Assembly (NCBI GenBank): GCA_022824265.1
Contig: JAJEAG010000059.1
Span: 8,736 to 72,735 of the forward strand
Direction of reading: 5' to 3'
DNA: 64,000 bases
DNA from: Candidatus Poribacteria bacterium
GTDB lineage: Bacteria; Poribacteria; WGA-4E; WGA-3G
The notes below the pieces were generated by a model. That model worked only from the letters and a program-made list of their open reading frames with translations, was not told the DNA's origin and made no database searches. This document shows, in pieces, positions 50,191-60,386 of this stretch (position 1 is its first letter; every line of letters starts with the position of its first letter). The translations under genes were made by a program, and so were the position numbers.

Positions 50191-53166
50191 TTATTTTTCA
50201 AGATTAAAATGAAGCATACCGTTGTGTGACGTGCCAACGTATACGGTACTGCCATCAACTGCCAGAGAGGTAATCCCATCCGGTATCTCTGAAACAATTT
50301 GTTTCCATTTATCACTTTCTAAGCGATAGACACCTGTAGTCTTAGTAACTCCGTAGAGAGTTTTTTCGTCAACAGTCAGTGTATCCATAATGAGATTAGT
50401 GCCTTCTGAATCGGTAATAGTACCCCAATTATTTCCTTGGTCTGATGCAGCGACTCCTGCGTCTGTTGCCACATAAACTTTGGGACCGACAAACACGATA
50501 TCTTTGAAAGCTTTTACGGCAAAAGGTAGAACTGGTGTGAGATCAAGCCAATTATTTCCTTTATCAAGTGATACGAATAAGTGTCCATCCCGTTTTCCCA
50601 CATAGACAGTATCCCCTGATGCGGCAATTTTAAGACCTTGATTTGCTATTTCCAAAGACAACACAGTTTCTTCCTGTTTAGTGTCGTACCATTCTTTATC
50701 TCCTCGCTCCCATCGGAAGAGTTTAAAGTTGTATTCCATATAGAACGTATCACCACTAATAGCAGACGCACCACGTAAACCTAACGATATAAGCCTGTTC
50801 TGTATCTGAAAATCCTCTTTAACCAGTTGACTGAAGAACTCGGCTGCACCAGTAAAATTGTCTTGTAAATGTTCAAAAGATGGATCCCTTGACAGTGCAA
50901 TTTCCAACGGTTCAAAATAGTCTGAGTCAATAATTGGCATATCTTGAAGCGGTACAAACGTACTGTTATCTGTAGACAGACGATATAGACGCACTTTTCT
51001 TCCGTTTTCTTTATAATTTACACTTGCATAGATAATACCATCAGATATGACTATCTGATTTATATGTGGATTTTGCTCTCTGTGGGGTTTATCCATAGGT
51101 ATTTGAACTGGGACTTTCATCCAAGACCTGCCTTTATTGGCAGTTTTTACTGCATCTATTCCAAGTCTTCCATAGAGAATGGAAAGTCCATTTTGTGCTT
51201 TCTCATTTCCCTTATCCACAATGAAGTCATACATACTAACCTTATCCTTGTCCGGAGTGATATTCACCATATCCCACGTTTTACCTCCATCAGAAGAACG
51301 ATGAAGACCATCCCAACTACCGACATAAATCGTATCCATATTCACAACTACTGCAGAACTCATACTATCCATAGATGGAGTGATTGCAGCCGATTGTGGC
51401 GGCAACCATGTGATACCACCATCGGTAGAACGCACCATTCCTCTCTCCATTAATAGAAGTGTTTCACCAGCAGAAATGAGTTTGGCTTCGGGGATAAAAC
51501 CATTCACTGCCCAAGCGTTTATTGGGGTAATATCAAGCCACCTTTTACCAAGGTTACTTGTGCCAAACACTCCCCAACCACGATCATGTCCTCGGGACAC
51601 TTTTTCGGGATTATGAGCGGCACGACTGAGTTCTGCCAATACATAAACCCGCTTTTTATTCGTAGCGACTGAGTACACCTCTTTAATTGACTCAGGTAAT
51701 TCCATGCGTTTCCAACCGTCCTCGTCCAAGCGAAAGAGACCATCATCTGTTCCAGCAAAAATTGTGTTTTGGACCTCTACTAATGACTTTATCCTTTCCG
51801 GTAACCTACCGCTAATCTCTTTCCAAGTTTTTCCTGAATCCTTAGAGCTAAAGATACCATTTTCAAATGCCATATAAAACGCTTGTTCTGTTAAGATTAA
51901 TTCAATAGGAAAATAGTATTTAAAGTTATCCCATGAATAAAGTAGATCCCATGTTTTGCCGTCATCTATTGATGTGAATAGATCGCTTGACTGCGTATAA
52001 TACATAGTCTTGTCCCACTTCGCAATAATTTGATTTACGAAACCGGAATGGTCTAATGTAGAAATATCAGAGATTGCTTCCCATTTTTCTTCATTTGCAG
52101 GCAATTTATATATCTTTCCAGAAGCAGGAATTACAGTATAGAGATCACCCTCAGGTGTCGCAAAAAAGCCGTCCACAGAACTACCAAATATCGGTTCAGA
52201 TGGAACCCACGCCAGTTTAGGAACAGAAACATCCTCAACCTCACCCGAAGCAGCCGCAAGTTGAGTTTCATCAGGTTTCTGCCCACTATTATCATTCACA
52301 CTAAGTGCGTTTGCATTCCCAAACTGGTGATTAACTTCTGGATTTATTTCAATATTTAGCACTATCGGAGCATCAACAAGTTCTACCACCATCTCAGTTT
52401 GCGAATCCAAACTAAAAGGTGGTTGAAAATGTGCCAAGTATTGACTACCTATGCCGAGCATCAGTATAATCAATACTGCACTTGATGCAGCAATTGCCCA
52501 CGGAACTAAGGGTTTGCTGGCAGATGGGGTAGCAGGTTTAAGTCGTGCGACTTCCTGCAAAATATTATCGGTTAAGTTCGGTGAGATCTGAAAATGGTCC
52601 AGTGCTTCTCTAATCATCGTTTCCTCCCTTTGTAAACGGTTCCGTGCTCGCTGCAATCGACTTTTTATTGTTCCTGAAGATACTCCCAAGAATCGACTTA
52701 TTTCTTCAACTGTCATTTCCCCAAGATAATGCAACGTCATCACCGTACGCTCGCTCTCTTTCAACCTTGCAAGTAGTTTCTTCACAACATCACGTTGTGT
52801 CTGACCTGCAGTTTTGGCGCGTTCTTCTGTGATATGTTGGGAATAAGAATCTCCGTGTAACATCGTTGTCTCGGTGTCCTCCAAAGGTTCAGTTTGAATC
52901 CGTTTTTTGCGAAGCCAAGTGGCACATAGACGTGTCGTAATCACATACAACCACCCAGAAAATAGGTTTGGATCTTTTAGGGTATGAAGTCTCTGATACA
53001 CGATGAGGAAGACATCTTGGGTAATTTCCTCAGCAATATGGAAATCCTCAATTTTTCTCCAAGCCAGTGCATGAACCGGTTTTTTATACTTTTCTACAAG
53101 TTCGGTGAAGGCGGATTCATCACCAGAGAGAATTCTGTGGATGCGTTGGACATCTTCGTTTTTCAT
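50191..53166 (-). CDS. ECF sigma-70 family sigma factor fused through a transmembrane helix to a large BNR/Asp-box beta-propeller domain (991 aa)
   Basis: Residues ~1-190 carry sigma region 2 (FTELVEKYKKPVHALAWRKI...WLYVITTRL) and region 4 (MTLHYLGEMTVEEISRFLGVSSGTIKSRLQRAR). A TM helix follows (VPWAIAASSAVLIILMLGIG). After it come repeated S-x-D-x-G-x-T-W units (SIDDGKTW, SKDSGKTW, STDGGITW, SSDGGKTW, SLDKGNNW, ASDQGNNW). Confidence 0.75.
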   Translation of the reverse strand: MKNEDVQRIHRILSGDESAFTELVEKYKKPVHALAWRKIEDFHIAEEITQDVFLIVYQRLHTLKDPNLFSGWLYVITTRLCATWLRKKRIQTEPLEDTETTMLHGDSYSQHITEERAKTAGQTQRDVVKKLLARLKESERTVMTLHYLGEMTVEEISRFLGVSSGTIKSRLQRARNRLQREETMIREALDHFQISPNLTDNILQEVARLKPATPSASKPLVPWAIAASSAVLIILMLGIGSQYLAHFQPPFSLDSQTEMVVELVDAPIVLNIEINPEVNHQFGNANALSVNDNSGQKPDETQLAAASGEVEDVSVPKLAWVPSEPIFGSSVDGFFATPEGDLYTVIPASGKIYKLPANEEKWEAISDISTLDHSGFVNQIIAKWDKTMYYTQSSDLFTSIDDGKTWDLLYSWDNFKYYFPIELILTEQAFYMAFENGIFSSKDSGKTWKEISGRLPERIKSLVEVQNTIFAGTDDGLFRLDEDGWKRMELPESIKEVYSVATNKKRVYVLAELSRAAHNPEKVSRGHDRGWGVFGTSNLGKRWLDITPINAWAVNGFIPEAKLISAGETLLLMERGMVRSTDGGITWLPPQSAAITPSMDSMSSAVVVNMDTIYVGSWDGLHRSSDGGKTWDMVNITPDKDKVSMYDFIVDKGNEKAQNGLSILYGRLGIDAVKTANKGRSWMKVPVQIPMDKPHREQNPHINQIVISDGIIYASVNYKENGRKVRLYRLSTDNSTFVPLQDMPIIDSDYFEPLEIALSRDPSFEHLQDNFTGAAEFFSQLVKEDFQIQNRLISLGLRGASAISGDTFYMEYNFKLFRWERGDKEWYDTKQEETVLSLEIANQGLKIAASGDTVYVGKRDGHLFVSLDKGNNWLDLTPVLPFAVKAFKDIVFVGPKVYVATDAGVAASDQGNNWGTITDSEGTNLIMDTLTVDEKTLYGVTKTTGVYRLESDKWKQIVSEIPDGITSLAVDGSTVYVGTSHNGMLHFNLEK

Positions 53167-53186
53167 TGGTATCTCCAGAAAGCGAT

Positions 53187-53213
53187 AGTTTGATCAATCA
53201 CATATCAAACTAT
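53187..53213. promoter_or_regulatory. 9-bp inverted repeat (tagtttgat-N9-atcaaacta) in the promoter region of the sigma-fusion gene; candidate operator
   Basis: Seen directly, 21-47 nt upstream of the minus-strand ATG at 53166. Confidence 0.3.
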
Positions 53214-53361
53214 AATGACGCAAGTTAGAAGAAAAACGGTTGCATAATTCTGAGAAGACGAAAATTCTGGAAAGGAGAGAACACAGATTTAACAGAAGAA
53301 AGACCTTGAAAAAAGTGGTGTTATTTGGAAATTGAATGGTTCTGAAAAACATGAAAAAAAG

Positions 53362-53390
53362 TTGACAACTTCTTGAAAATTGTGTATACT
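53362..53390 (+). promoter_or_regulatory. consensus sigma-70 promoter (TTGACA-17 nt-TATACT) driving the tRNA-Leu/tRNA-fMet pair
   Basis: ttgacaacttcttgaaaattgtgtatact, ending 16 nt before the tRNA-Leu 5' end. Confidence 0.6.
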
Positions 53391-53406
53391 ATTATTCTAT
53401 GCATTC

Positions 53407-53493
53407 GGTCGAGTGGTGGAATCGGTAGACACAATGGACTTAAAATCCATCGCCCCTAACACAGGCGTGAGGGTTCAAGTCCCTCCTCGACCA
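53407..53493 (+). tRNA. tRNA-Leu (anticodon UAA), long variable arm
   Basis: GGTCGAG...anticodon loop CTTAAAA...long variable arm...T arm GAGGGTTCAAGTCCCTC...CTCGACC+A. Hand-folded. Confidence 0.85.
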
Positions 53494-53515
53494 TACTGTT
53501 TTTAACATGTCTTGT

Positions 53516-53589
<74 letters not shown>

Positions 53590-53659
53590 TCCCTTCTTTT
53601 TCTTTCCCATTTAGACTATATAATAATGTGTGTCTTATGTCAGATCCCAATTGGTTGGT

Positions 53660-54724
53660 TTAGGATAAGACACTCACATCATCGGAAGGATGCACTGGAT
53701 ATGGACTGATGTCGTAGTCGCCGTCCAACGCAATATCGTCAACCATGACGACTTTCTCTGATAGCGCAGATTGGTGCATGGCGAAAATAGTTTGGATGAT
53801 ATGTAGGTTGCTGCAACCATCAGTCATCGGCTTTTTTCCTGCTTGCAAGCATTCAATAAAATGAACCATTGCGTTCCCAAAGGCATCAGGAAACCACACA
53901 CCATCTATCTCAGGTTTTATATCTCTCGGTTCAGGCTGTGTGAGGTGAATAGTCATATCTGCACTGTTTCCATAGATTGCACCTTTAGTCCCTTGAATAC
54001 GTATCTCCTCATGTGGATGTTGGAGGTTGTGACCAGTATTCGCAAGAAACGACCAATTACATGAAAGTAGTCCCTTTACGCCATTACGACATTTGAATAG
54101 AACAACAGACATAGTTTCCCCTTCTTCAATAGAACGATCATGTCCATGTGCTTGACAATAAACACTCTCAAATTCACCGAACCATTTATGCACAAGGCTG
54201 ATGTGATGCACTTGCATGACAGGGATAAGATGTTTGCCAGGATAAGCGGTATAAAACCCGTTGCAGGTAATAGAAAAATGATAGATTTCACCGAGATAAT
54301 CGGTATTGATGTAAGGTTCAATGGCGAGGAATCCAGGAACAAAGCATGAGTTTTGGTTCACCATGAGTTGCACGTCGTGCTTTTCACATAAGTCGACCAT
54401 CTCAACAGCTTGTGACATCGTCATTGAAAAAGGTTTTTGACAAAATATATGTTTTCTTGCTTGTGCGGCGGCATTCACAATGGGTGAGCGAATCCACGGA
54501 TGGACAGCCATGTCCACTATGTCAACATCGGAATCTTCAATCAAGTCAACGATTCGGGTGTAACGTCTGTTTATACCGAATCTTTCCCCTACCTCGTGCA
54601 GTCGTGTTTCGTCTTTATCACAAATAGCAGCGATACGTAAGTCTTTGCGTTGATATCCAAGTAAATGTTGTTGTCCTATTCCTAAACCTATTAAACCGAT
54701 ACCGAGGTCTTGCCAATTTGTCAT
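53660..54724 (-). CDS. Gfo/Idh/MocA family oxidoreductase
   Basis: MTNWQDLGIGLIGLGIGQQH Rossmann N-terminus. The track ORF starts at an upstream TTG. Confidence 0.8.
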   Translation of the reverse strand: MTNWQDLGIGLIGLGIGQQHLLGYQRKDLRIAAICDKDETRLHEVGERFGINRRYTRIVDLIEDSDVDIVDMAVHPWIRSPIVNAAAQARKHIFCQKPFSMTMSQAVEMVDLCEKHDVQLMVNQNSCFVPGFLAIEPYINTDYLGEIYHFSITCNGFYTAYPGKHLIPVMQVHHISLVHKWFGEFESVYCQAHGHDRSIEEGETMSVVLFKCRNGVKGLLSCNWSFLANTGHNLQHPHEEIRIQGTKGAIYGNSADMTIHLTQPEPRDIKPEIDGVWFPDAFGNAMVHFIECLQAGKKPMTDGCSNLHIIQTIFAMHQSALSEKVVMVDDIALDGDYDISPYPVHPSDDVSVLS

Positions 54725-54780
54725 GTGGATAATTTCTTGTCTGAACCGGGGGTTATACAATAAACTTGATAAACTGATTT

Positions 54781-54805
54781 GTAGGAGCGATCTCCGAATC
54801 GCGAC
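54781..54805. repeat. REP-like element gtaggagcgatctccgaatcgcgac (identical to 7087-7111)
   Basis: Exact 25-nt identity with the copy at 7087. GTAG head plus stem gcgat/atcgc. Confidence 0.55.
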
Positions 54806-54910
54806 TGTCTATGTCTTTTCTCAATAAGAATAATATATCAATGTAGTCTGTCTTATAATCTATGAGTTTTACAGCACACGGAGTGTGCCAATTACTTTGC
54901 AAATGAAATC

Positions 54911-56173
54911 TCAAATGCCTAACCCATCATCAATTTCACGTTGGTAGGTATTGATGGATTCGTCTAACATCTTGTCCAAATGAACAATTTGTCCGGTTGC
55001 CCCGGATTCAAGCATTGCATAAGAGATTGCAACAGAACGCGTGCCTTGATATGCGTCAACTTCAATGGGACGGTTGCCTGCGATTGCTTCCGCAAAATCA
55101 CCATATTCAATTGCGATAATTTTTGCGTCTGTATCAGGAAAAGGGAAACTATACTGCCATAGACGTTCCCCACCGAATAGGTCTGTGGTAACGGCATCAA
55201 GACGGAAGTCAGGAACAAGTTCTAATAGTCTTTCATCGTTAATTGTTCCCTGTCCATTGATCTGTAGTGAAATAACTCCTCCGCTACGGTCACCTGGGAG
55301 CGTCATTGATCCTTGTGAACCGTGAATCTGACGTGTCCAACTCCCTTGTCCCCATGCACCGTGGTCTTCAATATATTGACCGACAACACCGTTTTTAAAG
55401 GTTAAGGTCGCATAAGCTGCATCTTCTGCGGTAGCCTCAAATTCTGCAGGCATTTTGCGTTGCCATTCTGTATAAACCCCCGCAGGATTTGATCCAGATT
55501 CACCTGTCACAGCAGCCGGATTGTGTCGGATCGGTTCATGAAGACGTGTTTGCGCATAAACGGTTTCTACCTCTCCGAGCAGATACTCAATCATGTCGGC
55601 ATAGTGAACACCAACATCAAGCAGGACTCCACTCTGATCCTTTTGATGTCGCCAAACAGAGATAAGCATTCGGTTTGAACCGCCAATAGCATGGTGGATG
55701 AGAAAGCGAGGTTTGCCAATCACTTCCGCATCAAGCAGTGCTTTTGCAAGCCGATTGATAGGATCTCTCCGATAGTTTTCTGCCACACTTAGCACAGCAT
55801 TAGTTTTCTCTGCAGCACGACGTATTAAGTTACACGCTCGAACTGTTAACCCCATCGGTTTTTCAACCATTGTATGCCATCCGCGTTCAAGCGTCTCAAC
55901 GGCAACGGTGTGATGGTAGGGTGGGGTTGTTGTGACATCTACGGCATCAATACCAATCTTCTCCAGTTCTTCAAGGTTTCCAACAACAGCAGGTTTCTTA
56001 CTGAAACGTTCTTCCGCTTGTTCAGCAAGTGATTCAGCGTTAGCAAGCACAGGGTCACACGCGCCGACGAGTTCAAACCGTTCCCATCCTGCTCGATATA
56101 GTTCCGCTAACCCATACATGTGCCGATGTCCCATACCGCCACATCCAACAATTGCCAATCGAATTGTATCCAT
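54911..56173 (-). CDS. Gfo/Idh/MocA family oxidoreductase
   Basis: IRLAIVGCGGMGHRH N-terminus; 420 aa. Confidence 0.85.
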   Translation of the reverse strand: MDTIRLAIVGCGGMGHRHMYGLAELYRAGWERFELVGACDPVLANAESLAEQAEERFSKKPAVVGNLEELEKIGIDAVDVTTTPPYHHTVAVETLERGWHTMVEKPMGLTVRACNLIRRAAEKTNAVLSVAENYRRDPINRLAKALLDAEVIGKPRFLIHHAIGGSNRMLISVWRHQKDQSGVLLDVGVHYADMIEYLLGEVETVYAQTRLHEPIRHNPAAVTGESGSNPAGVYTEWQRKMPAEFEATAEDAAYATLTFKNGVVGQYIEDHGAWGQGSWTRQIHGSQGSMTLPGDRSGGVISLQINGQGTINDERLLELVPDFRLDAVTTDLFGGERLWQYSFPFPDTDAKIIAIEYGDFAEAIAGNRPIEVDAYQGTRSVAISYAMLESGATGQIVHLDKMLDESINTYQREIDDGLGI

Positions 56174-56182
56174 GTATTGTTC

Positions 56183-57676
56183 CTACTTATTATTAAGTAC
56201 TATTTCTAATCTCTTCAAATCAGCTTCCAATAGTGTCGCATCACTGCGATATAAGTTCTGACGGTTTATCACCATATCAACGTATTTATGTCCTCTGCTG
56301 GTAAGCGGACCCTTTATTCTGACCCTACCCGGACCGACATTGTATGCACCAAGTGCCAGAGTCAAATTGTTCAGATATTTTTCCCGAAGTCTGTTGAAAT
56401 AAATTAATCCTGCAATAAGATTTTTTTCAGCATCGAATCGTTCATCTACTTTACCATCAAGATTTGGTTTAAGTTTATTTTTGTATTTCGGTACTTTCAG
56501 ACCAAGTTCTCTGGCTGTTCCAGGGACCATCTGCATCAAACCGCCAGCACCAGTTCTTGACACAGCAACAGGATTAAACTTTGATTCGACGTAAATCATA
56601 GCAAGCATAAGTTCTATAGAGATATTATGTTTTTTAGCAATTTGGATACTCTTTTTTTCTTTTGATTTTGGTACAAGTTTATTAGGGGTTTTCGGTGTTT
56701 CTCTTGAAGTAGATTTGGTAGAAATGGGTACATCTATTTCAGGATTATTTTCATTAGATGTTTGTTGTTTCCCACCAAAAGTCAAGCCAAATGCAAGTAG
56801 ATGCTTATAATTTAGGTTGTCTTCATTCAAAAAAGTATAATAGGTCTGCTTACCCCATTTTTTAAAGGAGAGCCCTAAACTCCATGATTGGGTAGGTGTA
56901 TTGGAGTCAAGTGAGAAATGTGAACCAACATTTGCAGAAAGAGGACCTGTAACGATTTCAAAACTTGTGCCCAAACTTGGTGAGGTAATATTAATACATG
57001 AATGCCATCGTATTAGGGGATGGGGCGTGAGAGTCGTTCCTATAGCAAATTGTTGATTAAAGGATTGTAATACTTTACCATTTGGGTCTTGAATGGATAC
57101 ACCGCTAATATCTCGGAACTGCATACCCACGGTGACAAGGGGTGAAAAAGACATGACTGCTCCAAAATCATAATTTGGTGCCCAAAGACTGTTCGTATCA
57201 GGGGCGCGACTGTATCCTGTGCTTACGCCAAGTTGCAGTGAACCAATATTCCTTGCATAAGAGAGAAGGGCTTGGTTGTAACCATATTCAAACGTACCGA
57301 AAGGATTGGATGTATGATGAACAAGAAAACGGTCAGAAATATTGAAATCAAGGAGGTTAATCCCAAAAGTTCCAATAGGATTTACAGGATAAGCAACAGA
57401 TAGTGCTCCTTGTGAGAAATCATATATAACACTCCCGTGTTTAAGGGCAGCGAGTCCCGCTGGGTTCCAAATCGGACTTGTTGCATCGTCAGCATTACTA
57501 ATAAACGCATGGCTTAAGCCGAGACCACGTGTTCCGACTGCTGGTCGCGAATCATTCGTTACAATTTCAGATGGAGGACTGTTTGGATCTGATAATGCAA
57601 ACTTTTCAAAAAGAAAAGCCGTGAATAAGATGAGAAAGATGGGGATAAGAAACCATCTTAGTTCACGGAAGATCAA
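56183..57676 (-). CDS. fusion protein: PorV-like (UPF0164) N-terminal beta-barrel domain + C-terminal lytic transglycosylase (SLT) domain
   Basis: The N-terminal part has ...GLGLSHAFISNADDATSPIWNPAGLAAL (compare the PorV-like protein at 30084). The C-terminus ...IELMLAMIYVESKFNPVAVSRTGAGGLMQMVPGTAREL is the SLT catalytic-Glu/ES motif. The proposed TTG start at 57676 (signal-like LIFRELRWFLIPIFLILF) avoids a 190-nt overlap with the upstream gene. Confidence 0.6.
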   Translation of the reverse strand: MIFRELRWFLIPIFLILFTAFLFEKFALSDPNSPPSEIVTNDSRPAVGTRGLGLSHAFISNADDATSPIWNPAGLAALKHGSVIYDFSQGALSVAYPVNPIGTFGINLLDFNISDRFLVHHTSNPFGTFEYGYNQALLSYARNIGSLQLGVSTGYSRAPDTNSLWAPNYDFGAVMSFSPLVTVGMQFRDISGVSIQDPNGKVLQSFNQQFAIGTTLTPHPLIRWHSCINITSPSLGTSFEIVTGPLSANVGSHFSLDSNTPTQSWSLGLSFKKWGKQTYYTFLNEDNLNYKHLLAFGLTFGGKQQTSNENNPEIDVPISTKSTSRETPKTPNKLVPKSKEKKSIQIAKKHNISIELMLAMIYVESKFNPVAVSRTGAGGLMQMVPGTARELGLKVPKYKNKLKPNLDGKVDERFDAEKNLIAGLIYFNRLREKYLNNLTLALGAYNVGPGRVRIKGPLTSRGHKYVDMVINRQNLYRSDATLLEADLKRLEIVLNNK

Positions 57677-58475
57677 GGTGGCGAGCTGGGTTTTCACTTT
57701 TGCCTTTGTATCTGATTTCAAAATGGAGGTGTGGACCTGTTGAACGACCAGTATCTCCTGATAATCCGATAACTTGACCTCGTCGGACGAAATCACCTGA
57801 GGATACGTATATTCTGGACAAATGCCCATAAACAGTACTGAAATCGTCTGCATGTTGTATCTCGATTACCTTACCATACCCGCCCTTTCTTCCCGAATAC
57901 TTAATCGATCCAGTTTTTGAAGCATAAACTCGTGTGCCAGTAGCCGCACGAAAATCTATACCATCATGCATACGGTAGTTCCTTGATATAGGATGGTTGC
58001 GATAACCGTATTCTGAGGTCACAACTAAATTAATACGTAAAGGTTTTGCGAAACCAACATTCCACTTGCCTGGAATGAATATCTTTTGACCAACTCTGAT
58101 CCGCTTGGGATTGTCAATACCGTTTATTTGTTGAAGTTTTTTCCAATCCTCAATATTGTGTTTTCGGGCGATAGCGTATATTGAGTCGCCAGGTTTAACG
58201 GTATACCATGTTCCCCCTGGATTTTCAGCCGCGTTTGCTGGCTTAGTTCCTACCGGTATTACTAACCTTTCCCCAATTTGTAGGCGGTCTAAAGATGCAA
58301 GACTGTTGGTTTGTGCTATAGACTTCATCGGAACATCATACATTCTGGCAATTCCTGATAACGTCTCCCCTTTTTTGACTTTATGTAGCATTCCAATACA
58401 TGAAGATGTCCATGTTGCTGAAATAAAAACCATTATTACAATGGTCATAATTAATTGTATATTATTTTTCTTCAT
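57663..58475 (-). CDS. LysM-domain M23 family metallopeptidase
   Basis: Two LysM-like segments (..GETLSGIARMY.., YTVKPGDSIYAIARKH..) and M23 motifs HDGIDF and PHLHFE. Start chosen at MKKNNIQL (signal peptide). Confidence 0.8.
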   Translation of the reverse strand: MKKNNIQLIMTIVIMVFISATWTSSCIGMLHKVKKGETLSGIARMYDVPMKSIAQTNSLASLDRLQIGERLVIPVGTKPANAAENPGGTWYTVKPGDSIYAIARKHNIEDWKKLQQINGIDNPKRIRVGQKIFIPGKWNVGFAKPLRINLVVTSEYGYRNHPISRNYRMHDGIDFRAATGTRVYASKTGSIKYSGRKGGYGKVIEIQHADDFSTVYGHLSRIYVSSGDFVRRGQVIGLSGDTGRSTGPHLHFEIRYKGKSENPARHLDLP

Positions 58476-58716
58476 TTGATTCCTAATTTGGTTATGCTTA
58501 CGAGAAATATCGTATAACTTTATATATTTGTGCAAATAGCCTTTGTCTACGTTTTATGAGACGTATATAAAATATATAATAACATAAAAAAAATGTCAAC
58601 AATTTTTTTATGTTTTTTCAAATAAAAGATAACAGTATTTGATTGTTGTATCTTTGTTTCAATATATGACATACATATTATATGTTTTGTGCGTTTTAAT
58701 TATACTTTATATTTTG

Positions 58717-59247
58717 TTATTCACGAACTACCTGCAGCAAGATTTCCTTTGTGTCAGAAAAAATTTGCGTATCAGTTTTTATTGCGGAAGCCTCTACTGA
58801 AATAACCTCACTGATGACAGTCACAACAAGTTGGAGAACTTCAACTTTAGTATCCACTTCACCTAATGAATCAGGAGCAGTCCAGGTAACAGCATTATCG
58901 TTAGTAGAGGAAAGTGTTCCATGCCCTGTAATATTTAACCAATTAAAAACGACACTCGTACCTCTAACTCCTTTCACTGAAGCCGTTAACTCCACTTGTT
59001 CTCCCGGTTTTACAGTTTTTTTCGTAACGGTGACAGATACATCAAGCTCACCAGCTTCTTCTACGTCTCCAACTTCCGTTGTTTCCAATTCGATGATGGA
59101 ATCATCTTTTTCTTGCATTGTATCAGTATCAGATACAGGGTTTTTCATATTGCTACCACCACAACCAGATAAACTAAGGACTGATACGATAAGGATAACA
59201 GAAATAAAATAACTTATATATAGAGATGTTCTCATTGATCCATCCAA
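58717..59247 (-). CDS. hypothetical lipoprotein
   Basis: Signal peptide plus LSLSGCGGS lipobox; acidic, T/V-rich body. Confidence 0.5.
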   Translation of the reverse strand: MDGSMRTSLYISYFISVILIVSVLSLSGCGGSNMKNPVSDTDTMQEKDDSIIELETTEVGDVEEAGELDVSVTVTKKTVKPGEQVELTASVKGVRGTSVVFNWLNITGHGTLSSTNDNAVTWTAPDSLGEVDTKVEVLQLVVTVISEVISVEASAIKTDTQIFSDTKEILLQVVRE

Positions 59248-59480
59248 GTTTTAGTGTTAAGGATAACAGAAAACTTATTTGCTATTCAGAATCCTGTTTC
59301 CACAAAGAATATTTCCCTGATTTAATCATTTATGCAGCATCATTATTACAGGGACACCTGACTTAATATAAGAATACATTAAATCAAAACGGATGGAATA
59401 GAAAGATGGTTACAACAAATAGGTAAGAATATAAAAAATGGTAGGAACGACTATATAGCATTCCTACCAAATAATTTGGT

Positions 59481-60266
59481 TTATCTTGCTGTGCTTTCCA
59501 TTTGATCACGGAGAAAGGCAAGAATATCAGCAATATCTTGGTCGCTGAGGATGTCAGAGGCATAGAACGGCATAAGCGTTCCGCCACCTCGTATTTTAGT
59601 TGCCCAACGGGTCATCGTACTATCAATATTACGAGGAGGTCTGCTTCTGACAAGTTGACTGCCGATACCCGCTTTGAAGGGTGTGGGGTGGCAAACAACA
59701 CATGCGCGTCCGAAAAGTTCCCATCCATTTTTCGAATCACCTTTCATCGCAGCAATTTTTTCACCGGCGGCTGCTTTGGCATCAGCATCTAACATCTCAA
59801 TTTCAAATTCGGGACCTTTGTTGTCACCCGAAACAGACTCAAAATAAGCCATGAGTGCTTCTGCATGTTCTGCAGGGATCGCTGTAGGATTCACTTTGTC
59901 ACCGGGGATATTCTGTAAGAAATGCTCATAACAGAAACCTCCTCCACCGGCTGCACGTGCAAAATTGGCACCAGCGATCATACCGCCTTTAGCTGAACCG
60001 CGTTGCGGGACACCGATGATACTATGTCCAGCACGGATTAGACCGTCCGGTTTTTTAGTTTCATCAAAATCGGCATGACAGTTCGCACAAGTAAGTCCTG
60101 TTGCAAAACCTTGCCCTTTGCCTGGTTTTATTGTTCCTTTAAAAGTTGGATCGTGGAATAGTTCGCGTCCAAGTTGCGCTTTATCTGACATCTGTGCTTG
60201 TGTAAAATAAACTACTACTGTTATCAGCAGAACGCCTATTGAAAACGAAACAAACTTACGCATCAA
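59481..60266 (-). CDS. dihaem c-type cytochrome
   Basis: Signal peptide; two CxxCH motifs (CANCH, CVVCH). Confidence 0.7.
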   Translation of the reverse strand: MMRKFVSFSIGVLLITVVVYFTQAQMSDKAQLGRELFHDPTFKGTIKPGKGQGFATGLTCANCHADFDETKKPDGLIRAGHSIIGVPQRGSAKGGMIAGANFARAAGGGGFCYEHFLQNIPGDKVNPTAIPAEHAEALMAYFESVSGDNKGPEFEIEMLDADAKAAAGEKIAAMKGDSKNGWELFGRACVVCHPTPFKAGIGSQLVRSRPPRNIDSTMTRWATKIRGGGTLMPFYASDILSDQDIADILAFLRDQMESTAR

Positions 60267-60386
60267 ACATCTCCTTATGTTGTAAAATCATAACATGCTA
60301 AGTTTAGCAAATTAAAATATAAATTGTCAAGTAAAACTGTATAGATAACTACATAAACGTCAATGAACATAAAATGTTTACTGTTT

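Noticed and set aside
53170-53406. Possible structured ncRNA (e.g. 6S/tmRNA-like) in the 240-bp gap before the tRNA pair
   Set aside because: Only a promoter and one inverted repeat are recognisable. There is no conserved tmRNA (no tRNA-like acceptor/T-arm element) or RNase P signature that I can see.
58581-58614. 12-bp A/T-only inverted repeat (aacataaaaaaa-N10-tttttttatgtt)
   Set aside because: Pure A/T symmetry in an AT-rich promoter region; too weak a stem to call a terminator or operator.
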